Below are positions 22,401 through 29,312 of a DNA stretch of 64,000 bases, piece after piece; the stretch's first letter is position 1, and each line of letters begins with the position of its first letter. The DNA comes from Chitinophagaceae bacterium (GTDB taxonomy: Bacteria; Bacteroidota; Bacteroidia; Chitinophagales; Chitinophagaceae): the NCBI GenBank assembly GCA_016787065.1, contig JAEUVD010000003.1, positions 34,582 to 98,581 of the forward strand. The letters are read 5' to 3'. Below the pieces are notes generated by a model. The model was given only the letters and a program-made list of their open reading frames with translations, was not told where the DNA came from and did no database searches. A program made the translations under genes and the position numbers.

Positions 22401-22453
22401 TGAAAGTAACGAACGGTGGTATCCCTTATACTATCAAGGTTACGAAGCAATAA
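13481..22453 (+). CDS. Giant (2990 aa) cell-surface adhesin-like protein with Ig-like tandem repeats, SdrD-B/Cna-B-like domains and a T9SS C-terminal sorting domain
   Basis: Signal peptide MFYPYVRKLFVLLLFLGSSYVLRAQ. Ten 80-aa repeats. Nine or ten G(N/D)(Y/R)VW.D.N.NG.QD...E.G..GV.V.LY domains with DxDxD-type Ca-binding loops. The tail YPNPVEDVLHIQI...YYLKVTNGGIPYTIKVTKQ is a type-A T9SS CTD. Confidence 0.92.
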   Translation: MFYPYVRKLFVLLLFLGSSYVLRAQTISGTVYRDFNGNGTRQTSGVTIEPGTGGVLVNAYDASNSLVASAVSNPDGSYSMPYTVPVRLEFVIPSVGSGNYCSGAPLDFTGFGGDGNNIRFITASTSGIDYAIHYPFDYVSNTNPPFYFPQYSNGNPLGGGTTGTATGFKGHLYNHTGTTAAAQTLALSQIGTTWGVAYSKQAKVLFSAAFVKRHAGLGPLGSGGIYKLTPTATSFTTSQFYDLDANGHNSRAGAGAPAFGPGSSYNLSGVNLATYLGGTDPLSNAPIGLGVIGSNTDRNLPANFATDNNDPAAMGQVGRVGLGDIDISDDGKYLFVVNLYQRVIHRLELDDAYNPTSVISVTTFSIPAQPVTNGVLRPFGLGFHRGDIYLGAVASGENGGVNNVGGVTDLYGFVFRLKDATTGSAAFESTPLINLPLNYAKGPSVLNDANAKKWYPWNNSTSALLNVSGESTLPTPILSDIDFTDNGDMILDFMDRSGHQFGYQNYLNLSGTTALFTYDIGGDILIAGKDCGGNGFTIENNGSFTSADGTSYTSGAANGQGPGNSEFFVGEFYPTWHSETSMGSCAVLKGTRQVLTTLMDPINDFSSGTGKLSTVNGTRSGELQAIRTANDFGKANGLGDIEVAGDVAPLEIGNRVWNDANANGVQDPTEVGIANVSIELFCDADNNQIPDGAAIATTNTDGNGYFYFNISNVTDGNCTEPGNQAGPQPGLNYLVSIGSSDWTGGSGTGDLNALFLAPSNSASNGIVDASDNDATLVSGVPTISVLTSSKWGDNNHTFDFGFTPAPPCTVTASVVAGTQSICSGGDPVAFTETTAATGSGTLTYQWQSSTTDCASGFNNIPTATGTTYDPPAGLTVTTYYHVVVTNTDGADVCTDISNCITVTVNPNPSADAGPDKSLDCATTSTTIGTAAVGGNSYSWSPASGLNATNIAEPTANPSTTTTYTVTVTTGFGCTATDDVMVSVNTTPPSADAGQDKSLDCSTTSTTIGTAAIGGNTYSWSPSTGLNATNVAEPTANPSSTTTYTVTVTGSNGCTASDMVTVTVNTTPPTADAGQDKSLDCSTTSTTIGTAAIGGNTYSWSPSTGLSATNVAQPTANPSSTTTYTVTVTGSNGCTASDMVTVTVTTAPPTADAGQDKSLDCATTSTTIGTAAIGGNTYSWSPSTGLNATNVAQPTANPSSTTTYTVIVTGSNGCTASDMVTVTVNTTPPTADAGQDKSLDCSTTSTTIGTAAIGGNTYSWSPSTGLNATNVAQPTANPSSTTTYTVIVTGSNGCTASDMVTVTVNTTPPTADAGQDKSLDCSTTSTTIGTAAISGNTYSWSPSSGLNATNVAEPTANPSSTTTYTVTVTGSNGCTASDMVTVTVNTTPPTVDAGSDKTLDCTTTSTTIGTAAISGNTYSWSPSTGLNATNVAEPTANPSSTTTYTVTVTGSNGCTASDMVTVTVDVTPPTADAGQDETLTCSVTSVFIGSPAISGNTYSWSPSTGLTNANVAQPTAYPTATTTFTVTVTGSNGCTASDMVTVTVDVTPPTVDAGPDKSLDCTTTSTTIGTAAISGNTYSWNPASGLSATNVAEPTANPSTTTTYTVTVTGSNGCTESDVVTVTVNTTTPTADAGQDKTIDCATSSVMIGTAAIAGNTYNWDPGTGLNDATLAQPTASPSTTTTYTVTATASNGCTATDVMTVTVNGNLGSVGNYVWIDLNANGMNDEPTTAGVNGVTVELWKETSSGSGTYALLNTTVTANNAGDPGYYSFSICDAANYKIKFPLNVGAEKLTSQTATPATDANSDANVTDGFSPVFMIDPNGSGTTKDNPTIDAGYYTTACLGNYVWNDLDKNGIQDANEVGVAGITVTLYNSSDVVISTTVTDAYGKYHFCELMPGDYKVGFTLPQDYNFSVTDSGTDDNVDNDASGTTGLTGFYTLKSGDDNLTVDAGIFFEAETTASVGNYVWYDTNQDGIQDPSEVGISGVTVVLYDNTGNPVAATITDGNGFYLFTDVPPGNYTVGFTPPTGLGFSPNNGGVGSPSNSDANPLTGITTSFTVNPGDQITYVDAGLYQLPNNIGSLGDRVWYDVNEDGNQDADEVGVEGVTVTLYSGDGTTVLNTTTTNVYGNYIFNNLVEADYVVGFSNLPVDYVLTVNTGTDSTTNSDADPLSGKTNVIHLGSGQHNMTYDAGIYTTDVANTNSIGNYVWNDINKDGIQDATENGVPGITVSLYNNTNLILKTTSTDENGFYLFPDLPNGIYYVGFSNLPVSYQLTSPNQGADDALDSDADQTTLLTATTTLTGNTNDMTLDAGIFANNDRIGKGSLGDKVWYDLNNDGLQDANEGGVPGVLATLYEQDGTTVLKTTTTDALGNYIFTGLDAGSYVVGFTNLPSGFTITTQNSDNQGVNGELNSDVITATQKTPVVALGQGENKLSVDMGIVPPVGSAGLGNYVWIDLNTNGLQDVNEPGVTGVTVTLYNSSNNPVAVTTTNSDGQYQFVGLTPGTYAVGFSNLPDGYELTTQNADATGINGAANSDADVLTGITASVTLAAGDFNPNLDAGIFSTLVASLGDYVWLDMNGNGVQDPSEPGVGGILVTLYDNTGTPLTSMITNPKGGYLFSNLNPGTYYVGFTNIPSGMIFSAQETNPSDATGSNANPLTGTTPTVVLAAGSHNPTIDAGLMLPNTAGLGDYVWHDVDKNGQQNAGEPAIAGVLVTLYDGTGTTTLATAITDGSGAYSFTNLSAGDYQVGFAAPTLFTPDGARVPIPTQLNNGTDASDNDADPISGRTTSYTLAVGEFNPTIDAGFIYQFATPITLSSFNVNSNECSAFLSWTTSMEKNADYFAILRKDETTGYTEIGRVKAAGNSNLTKQYSFNDKALANGTYWYQLKLVDIDGNFSNSSEEQIQVNCGGAGSISVYPNPVEDVLHIQIIAESAESTELSLMNTIGQVVIKQQGELEIGVNELNIPMQRLAAGTYYLKVTNGGIPYTIKVTKQ
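16208..18607 (+). repeat. Ten in-frame tandem copies of a 240-bp (80-aa) unit
   Basis: ADAG(Q/P)DK codons recur at 16208, 16448, 16688 and so on to 18368, an exact 240-nt period. The central copies differ by only a few substitutions. Unit: ADAGQDKSLDCSTTSTTIGTAAIGGNTYSWSPSTGLNATNVA.PTANPSSTTTYTVTVTGSNGCTASDMVTVTVNTTPPT. Confidence 0.95.
18608..21890 (+). repeat. Nine tandem SdrD-B/Cna-B-like domain repeats (~105-120 aa each, divergent)
   Basis: The seed G(N/D)YVW.D.N.(N/D)G.QD recurs nine times in the translation. One additional copy lies near 15430. Confidence 0.8.
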
Positions 22454-22470
22454 GGAATTTAATTTTTAAT

Positions 22471-22508
22471 AAAAAAATCCGATGCTGTTAAGGCATCGGA
22501 TTTTTTTT
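22471..22508 (+). terminator. Rho-independent terminator after the adhesin gene
   Basis: aaaaaaa-TCCGATGC-tgttaag-GCATCGGA-tttttttt, starting 18 nt after the stop codon. Confidence 0.85.
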
Positions 22509-22804
22509 GTTTTGAAAATTCCCGTCTCCTTGCCCTCCCGATAAAAGGAGGGTTAGGAGTTGGGGTACAAAAAGAAGAACTTAAATTACTTTGGAAGAAT
22601 TCATACCTGAAGCGGTATGCCCCCAAAGGTAATTTTGCAATGGGTGATTGACTATTGATAATACTCAAGGTTGTTTTTGATTTTTATTCAGATTGAAATG
22701 ATCATGTTAGAAACCCACCAAGTGCGTAAGCACAGAAATTTTAAGGTTTTGTAAGCACCTAGTATCTTTAGTGTAGGATTCAGGAACAAAGTATTCAAAC
22801 AGAA

Positions 22805-23872
22805 GTGGATGCCTCTTTTCTCTATGCCATTTTAGCGGAACATGAAAAGGATTCGCAAGTAGCTTCGGTGTTTCAACAAATGAGCGAAATAGAGAAGGAA
22901 CATGCAACTATTTTTCTTAAGAAGAATAATAAACCAATCACGCCATTTCCATCGCCTTCGCGTAGGGCCAAAATGTTGGCACGTATCGGTAGCGTTTTAG
23001 GATATGATTACGTGCTTGGCGTTTTATTGGATACCGAAAAAAGTTTATCCGGATCGATACAACAAGCGAGGCGAAAAACAGGAACTACACCTTCTATTTC
23101 CGACACTGCCCATGTTGCCATTCTGAAAAATATTCTGAATAACAATAAACAAATTGCAGGCCATCAGCTCAGTCGATTCGAAAAAAAACATCGTAACGTG
23201 GGTGGTAACGCGCTCCGTGCTGCGGTGTTAGGTGGTAACGACGGACTGGTTAGTAATTTCAGTTTAGTGATGGGTGTAGCGGGTGCGGCGGTAGGACAAA
23301 AAGAAGTACTGCTTACAGGTTTAGCCGGGTTGTTGGCCGGTGCTTTGTCGATGGCTATGGGCGAATGGATTAGTGTGAAAAGTGCCCAAGAGCTCTATGA
23401 AAATCAAATGCAAATTGAAATGGATGAACTCGAACATAACCCCGAAGGAGAAGAGAAGGAACTTGTACTTATTTATATCACCAAAGGAATTCCTGAAGAA
23501 CAAGCTAAACAAATGGCTGCTAACATCATGAAAAATAAAGAACAAGCGCATACACTTTTGGTACAAGAGGAATTAGGAATTAATCAAGAAGAATTAAAAG
23601 GAAGTGCCATGGAAGCAGCATTATCTTCCTTTGTTTTATTTGCATTGGGAGCCATCATTCCGGTTATTCCTTTTTTTATAAGCTCTGGTATAACGGCCAT
23701 ACTTTGGAGTGCCGCCATCAGTGCGCTTGGATTATTTATGATCGGTGCCGCCATCACCTTATTCACAGGAAGAAGTATTTGGTATAGCGGATTTCGACAA
23801 GTGTTATTTGGAATACTCGCAGCTTCGGTAACGTTTTTTATTGGTCGTTTAATTGGTGTGAGTTTGGCCTAG
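22805..23872 (+). CDS. Ferritin-like (rubrerythrin-type) domain fused to a VIT1/CCC1 iron/manganese transporter domain
   Basis: N-terminal LYAILAEHEKD...EIEKEHATIF is a ferritin-like helix pair. The C-terminal half (GGNDGLVSNFSLVMGVAGA... plus TM helices) is VIT family. The start is GTG, with an in-frame stop 33 nt upstream. Confidence 0.8.
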   Translation: MDASFLYAILAEHEKDSQVASVFQQMSEIEKEHATIFLKKNNKPITPFPSPSRRAKMLARIGSVLGYDYVLGVLLDTEKSLSGSIQQARRKTGTTPSISDTAHVAILKNILNNNKQIAGHQLSRFEKKHRNVGGNALRAAVLGGNDGLVSNFSLVMGVAGAAVGQKEVLLTGLAGLLAGALSMAMGEWISVKSAQELYENQMQIEMDELEHNPEGEEKELVLIYITKGIPEEQAKQMAANIMKNKEQAHTLLVQEELGINQEELKGSAMEAALSSFVLFALGAIIPVIPFFISSGITAILWSAAISALGLFMIGAAITLFTGRSIWYSGFRQVLFGILAASVTFFIGRLIGVSLA

Positions 23873-23882
23873 AACAAAAACA

Positions 23883-23924
23883 AAATGGCGCCTTTTACTA
23901 CCCGATGTGGCGCCATTTGTTTGG
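23883..23924 (+). terminator. Hairpin terminator candidate after the VIT gene
   Basis: AAATGGCGCC, a 16-nt loop, then GGCGCCATTT followed by gtttgg. Confidence 0.5.
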
Positions 23925-24210
23925 ATAACTACAAGGACTCTTAATTCATTTTTAAAACTGATACCGTGAATAAAAATACATGCGTTCCAAAGGAATTCAC
24001 GGTATCAGCTAAATTAGCTTGCGACTAATTTAGGGGAGGTTATAAAACGGGCATCCTTTGAAATGCCACCCGTTCTGCCTCTTTTCACTTGCGATACAAA
24101 GGTTAGTCTGTTTTGTTTTTTGGCACTTGTTATTACTCATACCCAAACATGATTCTTGTCAATATTTTTTTTCAAACCCACCTTGAAATTTGTAATTCAA
24201 AAAAAATATC

Positions 24211-24441
24211 ATGCACAAACACAATTTATTACAAGAGTTTCCACAACATGCCGATAAGATTCATGCCTTGAAAACCGAGAATCATCACTTCAGAAAATTG
24301 TATGATGAGTATATTGAAGTAGATCATGAAATACATAAAATTGAAGAAGGTTCCGAACCAACATCCGATGAGTATTTGCACAAGCAACGAGCCCATCGTG
24401 TTTTTTTAAAGGATGAACTTTATAAAATGTTTTCAAACTAA
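24211..24441 (+). CDS. DUF465 (YdcH-like) small protein
   Basis: 76 aa. The pattern ...ALKTENHHFRKLYDEYIEVDHEIHKIE...LKDELYKM matches the YdcH/DUF465 coiled-coil signature. Confidence 0.7.
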   Translation: MHKHNLLQEFPQHADKIHALKTENHHFRKLYDEYIEVDHEIHKIEEGSEPTSDEYLHKQRAHRVFLKDELYKMFSN

Positions 24442-24445
24442 AACG

Positions 24446-24718
24446 ATGCGCGAAGTATTTTTAGTGGAGAATATTAAATGTCATGGTTGCGCCGGAACAA
24501 TCAGTACGGAGTTGAAAAAACTGGGCACCGATTATCAAGTACATGTTATACCGGAAGATGGTTTAGTGGAGATAGATAGTAATCAGGAAATTGATCGCAA
24601 CATAGTTCTCGATAAGTTGAAACATCTTGGCTATCCGGAATCGGCAGATAACAATGTATTGCGTAAAGCCCAATCGTATGTTAGCTGCATGCTAGGCAGA
24701 ATACATACTGCGGAATAA
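24446..24718 (+). CDS. Heavy-metal-associated (HMA)-like domain protein
   Basis: MREVFLVENIKCHGCAGTISTELKKLG... is a ferredoxin-like HMA fold with a CxxC motif. The ATG at 24446 avoids overlap with the upstream gene; the ORF track opens at 24413. Confidence 0.6.
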   Translation: MREVFLVENIKCHGCAGTISTELKKLGTDYQVHVIPEDGLVEIDSNQEIDRNIVLDKLKHLGYPESADNNVLRKAQSYVSCMLGRIHTAE

Positions 24719-24750
24719 TGCTGATTTAATTTCTTACTATTGTACGTAAC

Positions 24751-25581
24751 ATGGTGCAAGCACTTACAGCCGATAAACTAAAAACGTTCTTTCATGCACG
24801 CATGCCTGAAAGTCATAAAGGAACTTTCGGGCATGTATGTTTATTGGCTGGTTCTATAGGAAAAATGGGTGCTGCCGTTATTGCTGCCACTTCTTGTTTA
24901 CGTGGCGGATGTGGTTTGTTAAGCGTGTCTATTCCGTTTACCGAACGAACAATTTTGCAAAGCTCGTTACCAGAGGCTATGGTACTCGATCGTAATCATA
25001 GTATGTCCTATTTGGATTATGATGTTTTTGCAGCAGGTCCCGCAATGGGATTGGATGCGGAAGCCATTGAATTAGTAGAAGCCTTATTGTTAGTAAAACA
25101 TCCGCAATTGGTATTGGATGCAGATGCGTTAACCATACTTTCTACCAAGCGTAGTTTGTTAGATACCCTTCCACCACAAACTATTATTACACCTCATGTA
25201 AAGGAGTTTGACCGACTAGCCGGGACTTCTCTTTCCATGGATGATAGAGAAGAACAAGCCATGAAGTTTGCGTCACGCTATCAGGTAATTGTTGTTCTCA
25301 AACACCACCGAACGTTTATTACCGATGGTGATAATTGTTTCCGTAATACAACAGGCAATACTGGTTTAGCTAAAGGAGGAAGTGGTGACGCCTTACTCGG
25401 ATTAATTGCTTCGTTTCGTGCACAAGGGTATCAGGCTATGCACGCGGCGATGATGGGTGTTTACCTTCACGGATTAGCAGCAGATATGGCAGTACAACAG
25501 TATAGTGAAGAGAGTTTATTAATTACCGATGTTATTCAACACTACGGAAAAGCATTTCGAGAAACATTTTATGCTAGTTAA
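24751..25581 (+). CDS. nnrD: ADP-dependent NAD(P)H-hydrate dehydratase (YjeF C-terminal type)
   Basis: HKGTFGHVCLLAGSIGKMGAAVIAATSCLRGGCGLLSV and KGGSGDALLGLI motifs. Confidence 0.85.
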   Translation: MVQALTADKLKTFFHARMPESHKGTFGHVCLLAGSIGKMGAAVIAATSCLRGGCGLLSVSIPFTERTILQSSLPEAMVLDRNHSMSYLDYDVFAAGPAMGLDAEAIELVEALLLVKHPQLVLDADALTILSTKRSLLDTLPPQTIITPHVKEFDRLAGTSLSMDDREEQAMKFASRYQVIVVLKHHRTFITDGDNCFRNTTGNTGLAKGGSGDALLGLIASFRAQGYQAMHAAMMGVYLHGLAADMAVQQYSEESLLITDVIQHYGKAFRETFYAS

Positions 25582-25584
25582 ACA

Positions 25585-27399
25585 TTACGCATGTTTGATT
25601 ACTACTTTATGAAACTCTTTGAAATATTCCTTATCCGTTAAAACCAAGGTGTACACACCTTCGGGTAAATCATATACCGGTATTAGCGTAGTATCATTCT
25701 GATTCATGCCATACCGAACTACCGCCCCTTCGATATTAAGTAAAGTAAGTGATAGTGCAGAAGAACTTCCACGAATGGTAATGCTTAACTGCGTATCCGC
25801 AGGATTTGGGTAAATTAGCACATCACGAGTATCGCAGAACATACGTAACGACAGAATTGCTGAATCTACATATGTTGAATCTTTTTGAACGATACGAATT
25901 TTATAATAGCAAAGGTCATGCGAAGGATTATGTTTGAACGTGTACATACCACCATTACTCCGGGCTTCCACAGCTCCAATTTTTTCAAACGCCAGGGCAT
26001 CAACTGAATACAAAATATCATAGCGTTCAACGAGTTCATCCGATGCGGTTTCCCAAGAAATAAGCGCTTCACAATGTTCTGCTTTAACAGAGGCATTAAA
26101 TAAAGAAATAGGTAAGGTTGTATTCGGAGAAAATATTGGTAACCAATTGTAATTATTTCCATTCATAATGGCTTGCGTATTCGCAGCACTTACACCAAAC
26201 CAGTCGGTAAGTATGGTTGAATAGATTTGCCTAAAATCATGTTGTAACGGTAAATCATCGTTCACGGTAGCATTTGCAGGCAGTACAGGATTTGCGCCAA
26301 TGATGGCAGGATTAACAGCCGAGCCAAAAACAAAAACAGGTTCTGAGGTACCATGATCGGTTCCGGCACTACCATTCGATTTAATACGCCTTCCAAATTC
26401 AGAGAAGGTCATTCCAACTACTTTATTATCTAAACTCTGGTTTTCAAGATCTTGCTGAAACGCGCCTATGGCCGATGAAAGTTTACCTAACAACGAGGCA
26501 TGTTCGCCTTGCGTATGATCTGCTGAATCAACCTGATCATTATGGGTATCAAAGCCATTGATGGTAACAATGTATACAGGTGTTTGCAATCCACCGGAAA
26601 TTAGTTTGGCCACTATTTTTAATTGATCTGCCAAATCATTATTGGAAGGATAGGTTACTGAATTTGTTCCGCCTTGCGTTGCTAATTGTATGCGTGATGT
26701 GTACGATTCTGTTTGTTGCGCTATTAAACGCACATAGGTTAGTTCATTTCCTCCTTTCGTATTTGGAGCAGGGTCAACAAAGTTGTTTTGAATATTGTAG
26801 AAATAATCAATATTAGAAACAGTCATTCCGTTTAACCCGTTATTGCCATAGATGAGTGAAGATGCCTGATAACCGATTTCAATACTTAACGGATCTAAAA
26901 AAGTTGGATTCGGATAAGCTAAAGGGGCTCCCGTAAATTGATTTTCTATAAATCGTCCTATCCAACCTGAATTAATATATAAGCTGGAATCGGATGCACT
27001 GGAGAAAATATCGGTAGCCCGAAAATGAGAATAATTCGGATCTGGGTAACTTACTCCTTGTATAATATTCAGCTTACCATTATTGTACAGATTTTGCATG
27101 GCGGTCATCGCGGGATGCAACCCGGTATCACTGGTACCATTTAATGATAATACCGAGCTCGAAGGCAATAAGATATTTGATCGTGCTGCACTTAAAGCAC
27201 TGTATTGATCGAGTGGCACTAAGGTATTTAATCCATCATTCCCTCCACTTAATCGGATGAGCACAAGAATTTTACCGTTACTGTTTCTTGTCTTTTTATT
27301 GATAGCTTGTTCTTGACCGAAAGCATGCACGGGTAATCCATTTACCGAGCAGGCCATCGTAGCCATAGATGCCATTTTTATAAAGTCTCTTCGTTTCAT
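25585..27399 (-). CDS. DUF1501 (sulfatase-fold) protein with a twin-arginine signal and a T9SS C-terminal sorting domain
   Basis: N-terminus MKRRDFIKMASMATMA is a Tat motif. The core includes GGNDGLNTLVP, FDTH and GTDHG. The tail is VLIYPNPADTQLSITI...VYTLVLTD...KVVIKHA. Confidence 0.8.
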   Translation of the reverse strand: MKRRDFIKMASMATMACSVNGLPVHAFGQEQAINKKTRNSNGKILVLIRLSGGNDGLNTLVPLDQYSALSAARSNILLPSSSVLSLNGTSDTGLHPAMTAMQNLYNNGKLNIIQGVSYPDPNYSHFRATDIFSSASDSSLYINSGWIGRFIENQFTGAPLAYPNPTFLDPLSIEIGYQASSLIYGNNGLNGMTVSNIDYFYNIQNNFVDPAPNTKGGNELTYVRLIAQQTESYTSRIQLATQGGTNSVTYPSNNDLADQLKIVAKLISGGLQTPVYIVTINGFDTHNDQVDSADHTQGEHASLLGKLSSAIGAFQQDLENQSLDNKVVGMTFSEFGRRIKSNGSAGTDHGTSEPVFVFGSAVNPAIIGANPVLPANATVNDDLPLQHDFRQIYSTILTDWFGVSAANTQAIMNGNNYNWLPIFSPNTTLPISLFNASVKAEHCEALISWETASDELVERYDILYSVDALAFEKIGAVEARSNGGMYTFKHNPSHDLCYYKIRIVQKDSTYVDSAILSLRMFCDTRDVLIYPNPADTQLSITIRGSSSALSLTLLNIEGAVVRYGMNQNDTTLIPVYDLPEGVYTLVLTDKEYFKEFHKVVIKHA

Positions 27400-27414
27400 G
27401 TTGTTCTTTTTGAA

Positions 27415-29151
27415 TTAGGCAATTTGATGTTCAGCAGTTCTGCAAATAAGGGTTAACAAGGCGCGTAAACGAGAGAGCACGATACCTTCTTTCGTTGGGT
27501 CACTTGGATCGTTTATATAATTTATCCATGCTTGCGTCCAATAGTAATTTGAAGTTTGCCCGGATAACAATACCGATTTCAACGTTGTTTTTGATGTAGT
27601 AGAAAGGGTGAAACTTAAAAGTCTGGATAGAAAAAAATCTAAGAGGATATCCGGATCTCCCGGACTGCTGCAATCTTGCGCAAACGCAATTACATTGGAG
27701 CGTACCGTAATAGTTGGCGTAGCCCACTGCCCCCATGCATTAGCCAAATTATCGATATAACTCATTCGTTTGGTTATCGAATCGGAGTTTATCCATAGCT
27801 GATGAAATTGGGGTGTTTGGTAATAGGCCGTCCAACCTGAAACACTCGGTGGGTCGCCAATACTCATGGCAAGTCCATCCATTAAATAACCCATCGTAGA
27901 TAAACTCCAATGGTAATCTTCATAACTTGTAGTAGCAGGAAACTCAACATGGGCGGTATTCATAAAACCGAGGTAAAAGTCCATCGGATTACGAATGACA
28001 CTATCCATCGATAAGGGGTCGAAGAAATGATAGCTTTTAAACAGTTGCTCCAGTACCGGTTTGATTTCCCAATTCGAAGAAATAAAGGTTTGAGCAAGCG
28101 GTGTAATAATATTCGTTTCAATATCCGAATCAATATCGTAGTGCATGAAAAAGCGATAGATTTTTCTACATATAAATTTTGCTACGATGTTGGTTTTTGC
28201 AAAAATCATTGTAAGCAGGGCATCTAATTCTGTTTCACCTGCTGCACCACTTTGACCAACAATGGTTGTACTATTATAAAACGAGGAAAACACTTTATTG
28301 GAAGTATCGTGCCAACTCGAGTCGTAAAAATAGTTATAGGATGTGTTGGTATCTAAACGAAATCCGGTTAGCACTTTGGCGGCGAGTTTTATATCGTTTT
28401 CAGTGTACATATTAGGCCCCTTACCGAGTGTAAAAAGCTCTTGAAGTTCACGTGCATAATTTTCATCCGGCGACCATTGGTTATTCCATGCCCCATTGAG
28501 GTAAATGAGCATCATGCCGTTTTTGGTTATGTCCTTTACAAAGGTTTTAAAATTACCCAAGGCATGTTGTCTTAACAGTAGAACATATTCATGAAAAAGT
28601 CGGGCATCACCTACCATAGCATATTGTGTAGCAAAATGATTATGCCAAAAGGCAATCATTTTTTCTTCAATACTCATGGGTTGATTCAAAATATTATGAA
28701 ACCATGCCGTTCGCACCGAAAGATAGCGGTAGTAGTTAACCGTACCATCGTTGTTATAAGGCGCTCCAACCCAAGTTTGTCCGTACGCAATGCTCTGATT
28801 ATCTGCTTGTAGATTTTGATAATAGTTGATAGGAAGCAGCGGAGAAGGGTTACTCGTGTTAAGCAACACATCGATGGCTTGTGATGGCGTTAAACTTGCC
28901 AGCGCATTATAATGTGTATTTTTTACACCTACCGTAAGACGGCGTAATACATGTACTTTTTGTTTTTCTCCCCAAGGACCTGCATACGGCGATAACGTAC
29001 TTCGTGATTTTTTTACCTGTAAGGGTAGTGATTTATTTCCGTATTTCTTTACCAATTCATCCTGACTGGCGTCGTAGGTTTTAATGATGACGGGCGTGTT
29101 CTTGGAAGGAATAAATTTATCAAAGAATTCCGCCCTGTTTAAATGTGGCAT
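27415..29151 (-). CDS. DUF1800 family protein (usual partner of DUF1501)
   Basis: Its size, all-helical character and position 15 nt upstream of a DUF1501 gene fit the family. Motifs include WHNHFAT and ARELQELFTLG. No N-terminal signal peptide is visible. Confidence 0.7.
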   Translation of the reverse strand: MPHLNRAEFFDKFIPSKNTPVIIKTYDASQDELVKKYGNKSLPLQVKKSRSTLSPYAGPWGEKQKVHVLRRLTVGVKNTHYNALASLTPSQAIDVLLNTSNPSPLLPINYYQNLQADNQSIAYGQTWVGAPYNNDGTVNYYRYLSVRTAWFHNILNQPMSIEEKMIAFWHNHFATQYAMVGDARLFHEYVLLLRQHALGNFKTFVKDITKNGMMLIYLNGAWNNQWSPDENYARELQELFTLGKGPNMYTENDIKLAAKVLTGFRLDTNTSYNYFYDSSWHDTSNKVFSSFYNSTTIVGQSGAAGETELDALLTMIFAKTNIVAKFICRKIYRFFMHYDIDSDIETNIITPLAQTFISSNWEIKPVLEQLFKSYHFFDPLSMDSVIRNPMDFYLGFMNTAHVEFPATTSYEDYHWSLSTMGYLMDGLAMSIGDPPSVSGWTAYYQTPQFHQLWINSDSITKRMSYIDNLANAWGQWATPTITVRSNVIAFAQDCSSPGDPDILLDFFLSRLLSFTLSTTSKTTLKSVLLSGQTSNYYWTQAWINYINDPSDPTKEGIVLSRLRALLTLICRTAEHQIA

Positions 29152-29312
29152 ACGTTTATTTTTTGAAGGTAGTGCTTCCCGAAGTTAATGGATGTTGCTT
29201 CGAATGGAAAGAAAAGTTCGGATAATTTAAGTTGATATAAATTAACCGAAATTACTTGTGCAACAATGCTGCTTAATAATTTCGAGAATCCTATTCGCCT
29301 ACGTTCAAGAAA

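Noticed and set aside
22459-22907. Small minus-strand ORFs (22459-22668, 22707-22907) in the adhesin-VIT spacer
   Set aside because: The first overlaps the strong plus-strand terminator. The second overlaps the VIT gene start. Both have atypical composition and no recognisable motifs.
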